The notes under the pieces: generated by a model
Databases searched by the model: none
What the model was told of the DNA's origin: nothing
What the model saw: the letters and a program-made list of their open reading frames with translations, nothing else
NCBI GenBank assembly: GCA_002441305.1
Contig: DJVT01000009.1
Coordinates: 281,156 to 345,155, forward strand
DNA length: 64,000 nucleotides
Reading direction: 5' to 3'
DNA from: Candidatus Omnitrophica bacterium UBA6249
GTDB lineage: Bacteria; Omnitrophota; Gorgyraeia; Gygaellales; Profunditerraquicolaceae
Program-made: the position numbers and the translations under genes
Part shown: piece after piece, positions 47,968 to 56,369 of the stretch
How the letters are laid out: each line of letters opens with the position of its first letter
How positions within the stretch are numbered: position 1 is the stretch's first letter

Positions 47968-50900
47968 ATGGACAAGATGATTTACAAGCCGCAAACAAAA
48001 TATTACCTGGACAAACAGGGCTGCTTCGTTATCAAGGATTACAATCACGCAAAACCGTTTGCCAACTTCTTCCCCGGGATAGCGGGAAAATACGGTATCC
48101 CCATGTGGGTATTCTATGTTAACCGCGCCCAGTGCATCTGCAGCTTTGGAGTAAAAGACAAGGACCAGGCCATACTGGAGTTCTTCCCCGCCAACAAAGC
48201 ATGGCAGATGGTCCCTGCCCAGGGATTCCGCACTTTCATCAAACTGGCCAAGGCAAATAAAACCGTTTATTACGAACCTTTCCGGGATTGCCCTGCCAAC
48301 CTCGAATACAAAACAACCAATTATATGAGCATTGCCCCAAGCTGCCTGGCGATAGAAGAAGAAAATCCTTCCCTGGGGATTAAAATAAGAGTTGAATATT
48401 TCAATATACCGAACGACGCATACGCCGGGCTTAGCAGGACGGTTACGCTCGAAAATCTCTCCCGAAAAGATATCTCCATGCAGGTTCTGGACGGCCTTCC
48501 GCAGATAATTCCTTTCGGCACGAATAACTTCTTCTTGAAGAAACTCGGGCGCACAATAGAGGCCTGGATGAACGTGGAGAACCTTGATAAAAACGTTCCC
48601 TTTTACAAGCTTGCCGTGGACCCGGCGGACAGGCCGGAAGTGGTGCATATAGACGGAGGCAATTTCTATTTAGGTTTTGATTCAAAGGGAGGCAAAGCCG
48701 CGCTTATCCGCCCTATCGTAGACCCGCAGGCGGTCTTCGGGGCCTCTACGGATTTTTCTTATCCCGCTGGCTTCCTGAAAAACGCCGTTTTCCATTACCC
48801 TAAAGGGCAGATTTCCCGAAGCAAGACCCCCTCCGCCCTTCTCCTGGTTAACGCAAAACTGAAGCCGAAAGAGAAAAAAACTTTTCATGCTATAACCGGC
48901 CAGGCGCGCAACCTGAAGACGCTTTCTGCCCTGGTTCCGAAAATAACCGCACCCGGTTACATAAACAGGAAACTTTCGGAGAACTGCGCTTGCATAGACA
49001 GCCTTACCGGCGGCATTTTAACCGAAAGCAGCTCTATGAAGTTCGATCTCTACGCAAAACAGACATACCTGGACAATATTATGCGCGGCGGTTACCCGGA
49101 GGTATTCGATACAAAGACAGTTTTCTATTTATATTCTCGCAAACACGGCGACCTGGAAAGGGACTATAACAAATTCCAGCTCCAGCCCACCTACCTTTCC
49201 CAGGGTAACGGCAACTACCGTGACATAAACCAGAACCGGCGCAGCGACTGCTGGTTTAATCCGGAAGTAAAGGACGACAACGTTATATTCTTCATGAATC
49301 TGCTCCAGGCGGACGGATTTAACCCCCTTGTGGTCAAGCCTGACAGTTTTATCCTAAACGATGCCGCACGCCTGCGCATTTCGCTGAAAGAAACGGCTCC
49401 GCAGGAGGAAATAGAAAAAATCGTCTCTTACCTGGCGGAAAAAAGATTTACCCCGGGAGAACTTATCTTTTTCATAGAAGACAGCGGTATCAGGCTCAAA
49501 ATGCCTTATGACAAGCTCCTGGGCATAGTATTCTCCTGTTCCTCCAGGATACGCGAGGCCGAACACGGGGAAGGTTTTTGGACAGACCACTGGACGTATA
49601 ATCTTGACCTGATCGACAGCTACCTGGGCGTTTATCCCGAAAAATTCAAAGAACTGTTTTTTGAAAAAAAATGTTTTACTTTTTTCGATAACCCCGAGAC
49701 GGTCAGGCCGCGCAAGGAACGGTACGTGCTCTATAACGGCAAGCCCCGTCAGCTCCATTGCCTGGCCTTGAACAACCTGAAAAAAGAAATGCTGCGTAAG
49801 CGCGCCGAAAACCCGAATGTATTAAGGATACAAAACGGGAACGGCAGCATATACTATACCAGCCTTATCGTAAAACTCCTTTGCCTGGCGGTAAATAAGC
49901 TTGCCTCCCTTGATCCTTTCGGCTGCGGCATAGAAATGGAAGCCGGAAAACCCAATTGGTTCGATTCGCTTAACGGCCTCCCCGCTCTCTTCGGATCTTC
50001 GACCTGCGAGACCTTCGAACTCAAAAGGCTGTTAAAGGCAATCCGTAAAGCCCTTAAGGAATTCAGCGGAGACGGAGTTGAAATAGCGGAAGAAATAGCC
50101 TCTTTCATCATGAACCTGCGCATGGTCATGCCGGAAGAAGGATTATCCTACTGGGATAAGAGCAATGCGCTCAAAGAACAATACCGCTTTGAAAGCCGCC
50201 TGGGATTTTCGGGAAAATTGGTAAAAATGTTCCCGGAGGACCTTCTTTGTTTCGCAGAAGAAGCCCTCAAAAAGGTCGAATCCGGGTTAAGGCGTTCCTT
50301 CAACGAGAAAAGCGGGACATACTGTTCTTATTTTATAAACGAAGTTACGGAATATGAGCTTATTGAACACTCCGATACGAATCCGGAATTCAGCGCCTCA
50401 ATTTACGCCAAAGAACAGCATATAAAACCCAAGAAATTCAAGCAAATCCCCGCCCCTCTTTTTCTGGAAGGGCAGATGCACGCCTTGAGATTGTCGCAAG
50501 ACCCCGCGCAGGCGCGCAATATCCACAAGGCGGTAAAGAAAAGCCCGCTTTTCGACAAAAGCCTGCGCATGTATAAAGTGACGTCCTCCCTGCTCCCTAT
50601 GCCTGAAGAAATAGGCAGATGCCGGGTTTTCACCCCCGGCTGGCTGGAGAATGAATCGGTTTGGCTGCATATGGAATATAAATATATCCTCGAGCTGCTC
50701 AAAAACGGGCTGAATGAGGAATTCTATTCGGAATTCAAAAACGTGCTTATCCCGTTTTTGAACCCTGAAAGCTACGGGCGCAGCACCCTTGAAAACTCTT
50801 CCTTTCTGGCAAGCAGCGTATTCCCGGATAAAAAACTGAGAGGCAACGGTTTTGTGGCGAGATTATCCGGATCTACCGCCGAATTCCTCCAGATATGGCT

Positions 50901-51219
50901 TGTTATGAATGCCGGGACCTGCCCGTTTACGCTTGGAGAGAACGGGGAACTTTCCCTTTCCTTCAATCCCCTGCTTCCTTCCTGGATGTTCAAGAAGAAC
51001 GGGGAATATTCTTTTAACTTCCTCGGATGCGTGCGCGTGACCTGCCTTAACCCGAAAAGAAAAAATACTTTCGGGAAAAACGGCGCGAGGGTAAAAAGAG
51101 CCCTGCTCTATTCAGGAAAAAATCCCCCTGTGCAAATCGATTCCCCGTCTATCCCCTTCCCCTACGCAGAACAAATAAGGTCGCGCAAGTTCGACAGAAT
51201 CAAACTTATCCTGGAATAA
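47968..51219 (+). CDS. Large GH94-like glycoside phosphorylase/hydrolase superfamily protein (N-terminal beta-sandwich + (alpha/alpha)6 barrel); exact family unverified
   Basis: 1083 aa. By-eye resemblance to GH94 cellobiose/oligoglucan phosphorylases as recalled from memory: GNGNYRDINQNRRSD against GMGFRDSNQD; GEGFWTDHWTYNLDLI against GRADWNDCLNLN (catalytic Asp region); GWLENESVWLHMEYKY..LNPESYGRS..RGNGF..SGSTAEF against the GH94 C-terminal barrel. Size matches 1,2-beta-oligoglucan phosphorylases (about 1080 aa). Confidence 0.45.
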   Translation: MDKMIYKPQTKYYLDKQGCFVIKDYNHAKPFANFFPGIAGKYGIPMWVFYVNRAQCICSFGVKDKDQAILEFFPANKAWQMVPAQGFRTFIKLAKANKTVYYEPFRDCPANLEYKTTNYMSIAPSCLAIEEENPSLGIKIRVEYFNIPNDAYAGLSRTVTLENLSRKDISMQVLDGLPQIIPFGTNNFFLKKLGRTIEAWMNVENLDKNVPFYKLAVDPADRPEVVHIDGGNFYLGFDSKGGKAALIRPIVDPQAVFGASTDFSYPAGFLKNAVFHYPKGQISRSKTPSALLLVNAKLKPKEKKTFHAITGQARNLKTLSALVPKITAPGYINRKLSENCACIDSLTGGILTESSSMKFDLYAKQTYLDNIMRGGYPEVFDTKTVFYLYSRKHGDLERDYNKFQLQPTYLSQGNGNYRDINQNRRSDCWFNPEVKDDNVIFFMNLLQADGFNPLVVKPDSFILNDAARLRISLKETAPQEEIEKIVSYLAEKRFTPGELIFFIEDSGIRLKMPYDKLLGIVFSCSSRIREAEHGEGFWTDHWTYNLDLIDSYLGVYPEKFKELFFEKKCFTFFDNPETVRPRKERYVLYNGKPRQLHCLALNNLKKEMLRKRAENPNVLRIQNGNGSIYYTSLIVKLLCLAVNKLASLDPFGCGIEMEAGKPNWFDSLNGLPALFGSSTCETFELKRLLKAIRKALKEFSGDGVEIAEEIASFIMNLRMVMPEEGLSYWDKSNALKEQYRFESRLGFSGKLVKMFPEDLLCFAEEALKKVESGLRRSFNEKSGTYCSYFINEVTEYELIEHSDTNPEFSASIYAKEQHIKPKKFKQIPAPLFLEGQMHALRLSQDPAQARNIHKAVKKSPLFDKSLRMYKVTSSLLPMPEEIGRCRVFTPGWLENESVWLHMEYKYILELLKNGLNEEFYSEFKNVLIPFLNPESYGRSTLENSSFLASSVFPDKKLRGNGFVARLSGSTAEFLQIWLVMNAGTCPFTLGENGELSLSFNPLLPSWMFKKNGEYSFNFLGCVRVTCLNPKRKNTFGKNGARVKRALLYSGKNPPVQIDSPSIPFPYAEQIRSRKFDRIKLILE

Positions 51220-51244
51220 AATCATCTAATTGTTAAAACCCGGG

Positions 51245-54097
51245 TTAAAATTTACGGCGGTAGTAAACTCTTATGATATGCTGCGTATCGAGGGTAAGCA
51301 TGCTTCCTCCGTACGGGTCGAGAGAAGCGATGTTGCCGAGCGAGCTTGTGTCGCCCACCCCGTACTGCATGCTGAATTCATCGTCCTTGGAAGGCATATA
51401 CCTGAATTCCGCAAAGAAATTGTGGTGGCCGACCACGCCGTCCGTAAGCACGTAATCGGAACCGTTATAAACTATATCCTTGCATCTGGAATAAATATAT
51501 TTGAATGACATGCCGACTTTCTCCACCGGCATATAGGTTATCTCCATGCCCACGTGGTTCATGCTGTCATTGATTAAAGATGCCGTTTCGTATTCGTTAC
51601 GCGTATAATCTATATATATCTCCATATTCTTCATGGGCAGGATTCTTAATCCGGTTTTAAACACATTGTAATACTCATAAGGAGCCTGGGGGAAAATCCC
51701 CTGCCCGTAAAGAAAAGGGTTGACGTAACTGTAATATTTTCCGTTTTGATAATAGCGCCCCCACAGGGAAGTGTTGTCCCTGAGGATATTCTGGGGGAAA
51801 TTACCGTAGGCCAAAGTATAATCGTTGGTCCTTTCGTATATCCCGTTCAGGCTCAACCACTCGAAGAAATCATAATTCAAGCCCAATGATCCGGTTTTTA
51901 TCGAAGGGTCTTCGCCGTCGGGCACCGCGCTGTTCTCGTAATACTCTCCCGTATTGCCGTCATAGACATACGGGTCTACGCCGCCGGTGGTCTTGGGCAT
52001 CTTCTGGTAGATCCCCAGGGCTTTGGCGGTAAGTTTGTCGGTAATCTTCCATGTGGCCTCGTCGCGTACCACGTTTTCCACAAACTTCCCGTTCACATCA
52101 TGCACATTGCGGACATCAAACAGGTTGCTGAACCTGTCCTCCAGGAACATCTCCACGCGAAAACCGACAGTGTCCCTGCCTATATCGATGCCGTCTCCGA
52201 TGCGGCTCGAGTTAAGCTCGTCCCAATTCGTGGAGTTTCCGTTCAAGCCTTCGGAATAATAACTCATCGGCCTGCGGAAATGTATATGCCTTGACCAAAA
52301 AACATCCTGGCGGGTATTGTGGAAATCGGAAAGCGCGGAATCGAACCCCCGGTCCATGCGCGCGGCATAAATCTTCCCTTTTACCAGGAACGACTCCTCC
52401 TTATCCATTTTTATATCATCGTAACCGTATTTAAGGTCCATGAGGCTGGCGCGCGGATACCTGGTGATAAAAGAAAAATAATAGGCGTTACCGCGGGATT
52501 CGGTTTCGTACTCCGAGTTATTCATATCGTATTTCGACTTCGATGTCAAAACTTCCGCCTGCGCCTTCATGCCTTCGCTGATTTCATACGACAAGTCAAC
52601 GCCCCCCACGAAGTTCTGGCTATCCAGCTTTTGCGGGTCGGTCTTGAAACCGGTGCGGGTAGTAAAGGTGCCGCCCAGGACAAGATTATCGGCAAGTTTA
52701 TGTTTAAGGCGGCTTGCGGAAATTATATTATCCACTTCGTCATAATCCTGCCAAAGGGTCTTGGGCGTAGCTACGGTGGTATCGAAAACAGTCCCTTCCT
52801 GCGGCTGCAGGCTGAAAGAAAAGCCCCTTAAAGCGGTAAGGTACTTGCCGGTGCTGTCTTTCGAAATAAAAGAAAGCGAATCATCCCAGTATCCTTTCGT
52901 AAAACTTGAGTCGTTTGAATGATAAGCCCCAGGGGTATAAGAACGCAGCCACTTGCTGTCTTTCCACCAAATCCCATGGTTGGATATGTTCAAGGGGTCA
53001 TCGGAAGTATAAGCCTGGTCCTGGTAGGCCATGGGGAAAGCGCGGAATTTGACCTGATCGTTGGTATAATCCAGCCATAACTCGCGGATTGGCTGGAATT
53101 GCATATCGATGTCGGATTCGGGAACATTATAAAGGTTCCCGTACTGGTCGGCTATAGTCATCGCGTCTATGCCGCCCTTTCTCGCCTTGATTTCCGGCAG
53201 ATTGATTGCCGCCCCGGAAAGGCTGCTGTAGTAAGTATGGCTTAAAGTGTAGCCGGTATTCCCCCAGTAAAGGAACTGGATATCCGAAGTATCGGAGCCA
53301 TCCGTTACGGTCATCTTGCTGCTCTTGCCGGTATAGCTCCACGGGTCGGCGGTAAGGTTCATATGGAAATTGAAACCTTTTTCGTTTTCCGTGTCCAGGT
53401 TCACGCTGAGAGATTGGTAAATTGCCGGATCGTAAGTATTGAACCTGTTGTTATAAGCCGCGCTGGAAGTCATACGCCAGCTCATGAATTTTTCATTGAG
53501 GTCGAAATTGGCGCGTTTCCAGATAAAATCATCCGAAGTCGCGCCGAAACTAAGCTGCAGTTCTCCGCTTATTCTTAAAGGCCCCGCTTTTATCCCTTCT
53601 TTTTTACCGCCGCCGGCATCATTTGTTTTTGCCGCCTTGGCCGGAGGGGCTGGCTCCGGAGGGGGTATCACCTCGCTTTGCTGGTTTCCGTTTAAAGCCA
53701 TCTCCATAGCCTCTTCCTTGCTCATGGCTTGCTTGTCCGGAAGCCGGGCTTCCGCGCTCAGCGGTTCCCCTTGCTCCTCCCCGCTCCCCGGCAAAGAGTT
53801 TCCTGCGGCCTGGCTCTCTTCCACTGCTAGCGCACCATCTTCTTTATTGCTGTTTGAAGGGCCCCCGAAAATCCTGCCGATATATTTCTTTGCTACCGCG
53901 TTACCCGGGTCAAGAGAAAGCACCTTGGTAAACTCCGCAAGCGCGTCATCCACCTTGCCTTGCACATAATATGTCTTTCCCAGCTCGCAAAGGTAGTCCA
54001 CCTCCATGCTTTGGGCTGAAGCCGGGGCGGCGCATAAAAATAAAAGCGCCAAAGAAAACAGCGCCTTAATGCAATATCCTGAAATGGCTTTTTTCAT
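51245..54097 (-). CDS. Large outer-membrane-like protein: signal peptide, N-terminal TPR, Pro/Glu/Ala-rich linker, C-terminal beta-barrel ending in Phe (PgaA/BcsC-like architecture)
   Basis: 950 aa. MKKAISGYCIKALFSLALLFLCAAPASA signal; TPR-like YYVQGKVDDALAEFTKVLSLDPGNAVAKKYIG; low-complexity region at about 80-160. Remaining 780 aa are rich in alternating Y/N/D/G/T/S amphipathic beta-strands and end ..RVYYRRKF (C-terminal aromatic). Confidence 0.5.
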   Translation of the reverse strand: MKKAISGYCIKALFSLALLFLCAAPASAQSMEVDYLCELGKTYYVQGKVDDALAEFTKVLSLDPGNAVAKKYIGRIFGGPSNSNKEDGALAVEESQAAGNSLPGSGEEQGEPLSAEARLPDKQAMSKEEAMEMALNGNQQSEVIPPPEPAPPAKAAKTNDAGGGKKEGIKAGPLRISGELQLSFGATSDDFIWKRANFDLNEKFMSWRMTSSAAYNNRFNTYDPAIYQSLSVNLDTENEKGFNFHMNLTADPWSYTGKSSKMTVTDGSDTSDIQFLYWGNTGYTLSHTYYSSLSGAAINLPEIKARKGGIDAMTIADQYGNLYNVPESDIDMQFQPIRELWLDYTNDQVKFRAFPMAYQDQAYTSDDPLNISNHGIWWKDSKWLRSYTPGAYHSNDSSFTKGYWDDSLSFISKDSTGKYLTALRGFSFSLQPQEGTVFDTTVATPKTLWQDYDEVDNIISASRLKHKLADNLVLGGTFTTRTGFKTDPQKLDSQNFVGGVDLSYEISEGMKAQAEVLTSKSKYDMNNSEYETESRGNAYYFSFITRYPRASLMDLKYGYDDIKMDKEESFLVKGKIYAARMDRGFDSALSDFHNTRQDVFWSRHIHFRRPMSYYSEGLNGNSTNWDELNSSRIGDGIDIGRDTVGFRVEMFLEDRFSNLFDVRNVHDVNGKFVENVVRDEATWKITDKLTAKALGIYQKMPKTTGGVDPYVYDGNTGEYYENSAVPDGEDPSIKTGSLGLNYDFFEWLSLNGIYERTNDYTLAYGNFPQNILRDNTSLWGRYYQNGKYYSYVNPFLYGQGIFPQAPYEYYNVFKTGLRILPMKNMEIYIDYTRNEYETASLINDSMNHVGMEITYMPVEKVGMSFKYIYSRCKDIVYNGSDYVLTDGVVGHHNFFAEFRYMPSKDDEFSMQYGVGDTSSLGNIASLDPYGGSMLTLDTQHIIRVYYRRKF

Positions 54098-54107
54098 AAT
54101 TGTTAAT

Positions 54108-54135
54108 ATTATAGCTTTTTCATATTCAATGTCAA
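54108..54135 (-). promoter_or_regulatory. Consensus promoter TTGACA-N16-TATAAT giving an essentially leaderless mRNA for the 950-aa OM protein
   Basis: rc of 54130-54135 = TTGACA; rc of 54108-54113 = TATAAT; ATG at 54097 is only about 10 nt past the -10 box, no Shine-Dalgarno. Confidence 0.55.
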
Positions 54136-54173
54136 CATAAAATATGGGGTAAAACCGCTTTAAGGAAGGAAAA

Positions 54174-54509
54174 TCAACCTACGTGCTGGTTTACGTTTTC
54201 TGTTGCGGTTAATTCTATGTTCAAAGTGTGGGAAAAGACAATAAGAAGGAGCTGGCCCCTGTTTACCGCGAGAAGGCTGCCCTTGACTTTGCAGAAAAAA
54301 CGTTCTTTTTTTTGTGCAGTATTTCTTTCTTTCAGCACATAAAGATAGGGAGCCGGCTTTTCCACTCCCGCATCAGCCTGCTTGACCAGGCAGAAGAAAT
54401 GGCGCCTGACCACGCTGTGCACCCCCTCCTTGTCCATGATCTCGGAGCTGGCGATAACCCTGCGCCTTTTATCGGCTGAAGTAAGATTTTTATATAATAA
54501 ATCCCTCAT
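54174..54509 (-). CDS. Hypothetical protein
   Basis: 111 aa, no recognisable motifs. GGAGGG RBS directly upstream supports the minus-strand ORF over the overlapping plus-strand 83-aa ORF at 54228-54479. Confidence 0.35.
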   Translation of the reverse strand: MRDLLYKNLTSADKRRRVIASSEIMDKEGVHSVVRRHFFCLVKQADAGVEKPAPYLYVLKERNTAQKKERFFCKVKGSLLAVNRGQLLLIVFSHTLNIELTATENVNQHVG

Positions 54510-54557
54510 TTTCCCTCCGGGAAACTCCTCTTATTAATGCAAAACAATTATGCAACC

Positions 54558-54590
54558 AAAAAAAACCCATTTCAATAGGAAATGGGGGTA
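54558..54590 (-). terminator. Intrinsic terminator after plsY
   Basis: Minus strand reads cccatttcctattgaaatggg followed by TTTTTTTT. Confidence 0.65.
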
Positions 54591-54623
54591 AAAAGAAAGC
54601 GTTTGCCGGAGTTATCCGGAAGA

Positions 54624-55265
54624 TTATTTAGGAGGCCTTTTAAAATACAGGCGGGGTTCCTTCCCTTGCAGGATCCTGGAAATGTTGGCCTTATGGCGAA
54701 AAATCACAAAGACGGAAAGCAGCAAGCTGAAGGCAAAAAGAAACACTGTTTTCCCGAAAAAAGCCACGCATAAAGGTAAGACGAGCGCGGCCGCTATCGA
54801 AGACAGAGAAACAATACGCGTTAAAACAAAAACAGTAAGCCAGGTGAAGATCAAGATCAAAATCACTACCCCCAGCCCCGGAAGCCTAAGAGCTAATCCC
54901 AGGAGCACGCCGAAGCTGGTAGCAATTCCTTTTCCTCCTTTAAAATTAAGGAAAATTGTCCAGATGTGTCCAGAGATGGAACATAACCCCATGATAATAC
55001 GTAAGTTATACTCCTGGAATAATAAATCCCTTCCTACAAATAAATCGCCAAGAAAAGAAACGGCGATCAACCCCTTAAGTATATCCAAAAACAGGACAGC
55101 AGCACCCGGGCCTCTTCCCAGTGCGCGCAGGGCATTGGTCGCACCAACATTTCCGGAACCTATCTTACGGATATCTATGCCCTTTAGCGCCTTACCAAAA
55201 AGGTAGGCAGTGGGAATAGAACCTAAAAGATAGCTAAGAATTAATGCGGCGATTGTCCAAAGCAT
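54624..55265 (-). CDS. plsY: Glycerol-3-phosphate acyltransferase PlsY
   Basis: 213 aa. LGSIPTAYLFGKALKGIDIRKIGSGNVGATNALRALG. Confidence 0.9.
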   Translation of the reverse strand: MLWTIAALILSYLLGSIPTAYLFGKALKGIDIRKIGSGNVGATNALRALGRGPGAAVLFLDILKGLIAVSFLGDLFVGRDLLFQEYNLRIIMGLCSISGHIWTIFLNFKGGKGIATSFGVLLGLALRLPGLGVVILILIFTWLTVFVLTRIVSLSSIAAALVLPLCVAFFGKTVFLFAFSLLLSVFVIFRHKANISRILQGKEPRLYFKRPPK

Positions 55266-55797
55266 AAAGCACCTTGAATCCCCTCTTTACATAGTCTATC
55301 CCGGAAACAACGGTAAAGACTACAGCAATCCACCATAAAACCGAAGCGGCATGAGACTGCATCAATACGCAGATAACGGAAAGCATCTGGGATGTAGTCG
55401 TAAGCTTGCCCCACCTGGTAGGGTAAACATCCAAAGATTGTTTTACCATATATATTACCACCGCCCCGATAATGATTATCACATCCCGGGATATCACTAT
55501 AAAACTCACCCAAAGCGGGAACTTCAGCCCCATCCTGCTTATGGGGGATAAAAATATGAACGCGCTCATCAGGAGAAGCTTATCCCCCAATGGGTCAAGG
55601 ATCAATCCGGCCTTTGACTGAAGCTTGGCGCGCCTGGCGATAAAGCCATCCAGGCCATCGGAAATAACCCCTAAAAGGAATATGGATAGCGCCAGGTAAC
55701 GGAGGAATTGTTTTTCGGGTGTATAATAAACGAGGCAGGCTACAAAGAAAGGTACGCTCAGAATGCGGAAGGTGGATATTTTATTTGCGACATTCAT
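55234..55797 (-). CDS. pgsA: CDP-diacylglycerol--glycerol-3-phosphate 3-phosphatidyltransferase
   Basis: 187 aa. CDP-alcohol phosphatidyltransferase motif DGxxAR..G..LDPLGDKLL. Confidence 0.85.
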   Translation of the reverse strand: MNVANKISTFRILSVPFFVACLVYYTPEKQFLRYLALSIFLLGVISDGLDGFIARRAKLQSKAGLILDPLGDKLLLMSAFIFLSPISRMGLKFPLWVSFIVISRDVIIIIGAVVIYMVKQSLDVYPTRWGKLTTTSQMLSVICVLMQSHAASVLWWIAVVFTVVSGIDYVKRGFKVLYALDNRRINS

Positions 55798-56369
55798 TTG
55801 ATCGCTCTTATCCGGTTAAGCGGCCAATAAATAAACATTGCCTTGCCGAGCAGGTACTTCTTGGGGACAAAACCCCAGTAGCGGCTGTCTTTGGAAGAAA
55901 GAGAGTTGTCCCCTAATACAAAATAACTGTCCCCGGGCACCACTATCTTCTGCCCCTCTGCGGCAAAATCCCCGCGGTTGTAATAATATGTCTGCTTGAA
56001 GATCGAGCCGTCTATAGGCTTATCATCGATATATATGGAACCGCCTTTTATTTCCACTGTTTCGCCCGGCAGCCCCACAAGTCTTTTTATAAAATCCTTG
56101 CTCCTGTCCTCCGGATAAATAAATACTATAACGTCCCCCCTTTCAGGCTCCCTCAAGGCAGGAAGAGCAATATTAAAGAATGGCACTTTTGCCCCGTATA
56201 TGAATTTATTTACCAGTATCAAATCCCCCTCCTTCAGGGTCATGCGCATGGACCCTGTAGGGATTTTAAATGCCTGGACCGCAAAGGTCCGGATAACCAT
56301 GGCAAGCAGGAAAGCTATGATAATGGATTCTACCCAGTCGCGTAAAATTGATTTTGTTTTTTGGCTCAT
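55794..56369 (-). CDS. lepB: Signal peptidase I
   Basis: 191 aa. Catalytic Ser box (PTGSMRMTL), Lys box, GDNSLSSKDSRYWGFV. Confidence 0.9.
   Translation of the reverse strand: MSQKTKSILRDWVESIIIAFLLAMVIRTFAVQAFKIPTGSMRMTLKEGDLILVNKFIYGAKVPFFNIALPALREPERGDVIVFIYPEDRSKDFIKRLVGLPGETVEIKGGSIYIDDKPIDGSIFKQTYYYNRGDFAAEGQKIVVPGDSYFVLGDNSLSSKDSRYWGFVPKKYLLGKAMFIYWPLNRIRAIK

Noticed and set aside
48321-50993. Several 70-130-aa minus-strand ORFs
   Set aside because: Antisense inside the 1083-aa gene, whose frame is continuous and motif-bearing.
51230-51239. Perfect 10-nt palindrome aacccgggtt between the convergent large genes
   Set aside because: Too short to form a stable terminator hairpin (no loop) and contains a SmaI/XmaI-like site by chance. 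No T-run on either side.
54228-54479. 83-aa plus-strand ORF
   Set aside because: Mutually exclusive with the minus-strand 111-aa ORF, which has a strong GGAGGG RBS. The plus-strand ORF has none and would be transcribed into the convergent OM-protein promoter.
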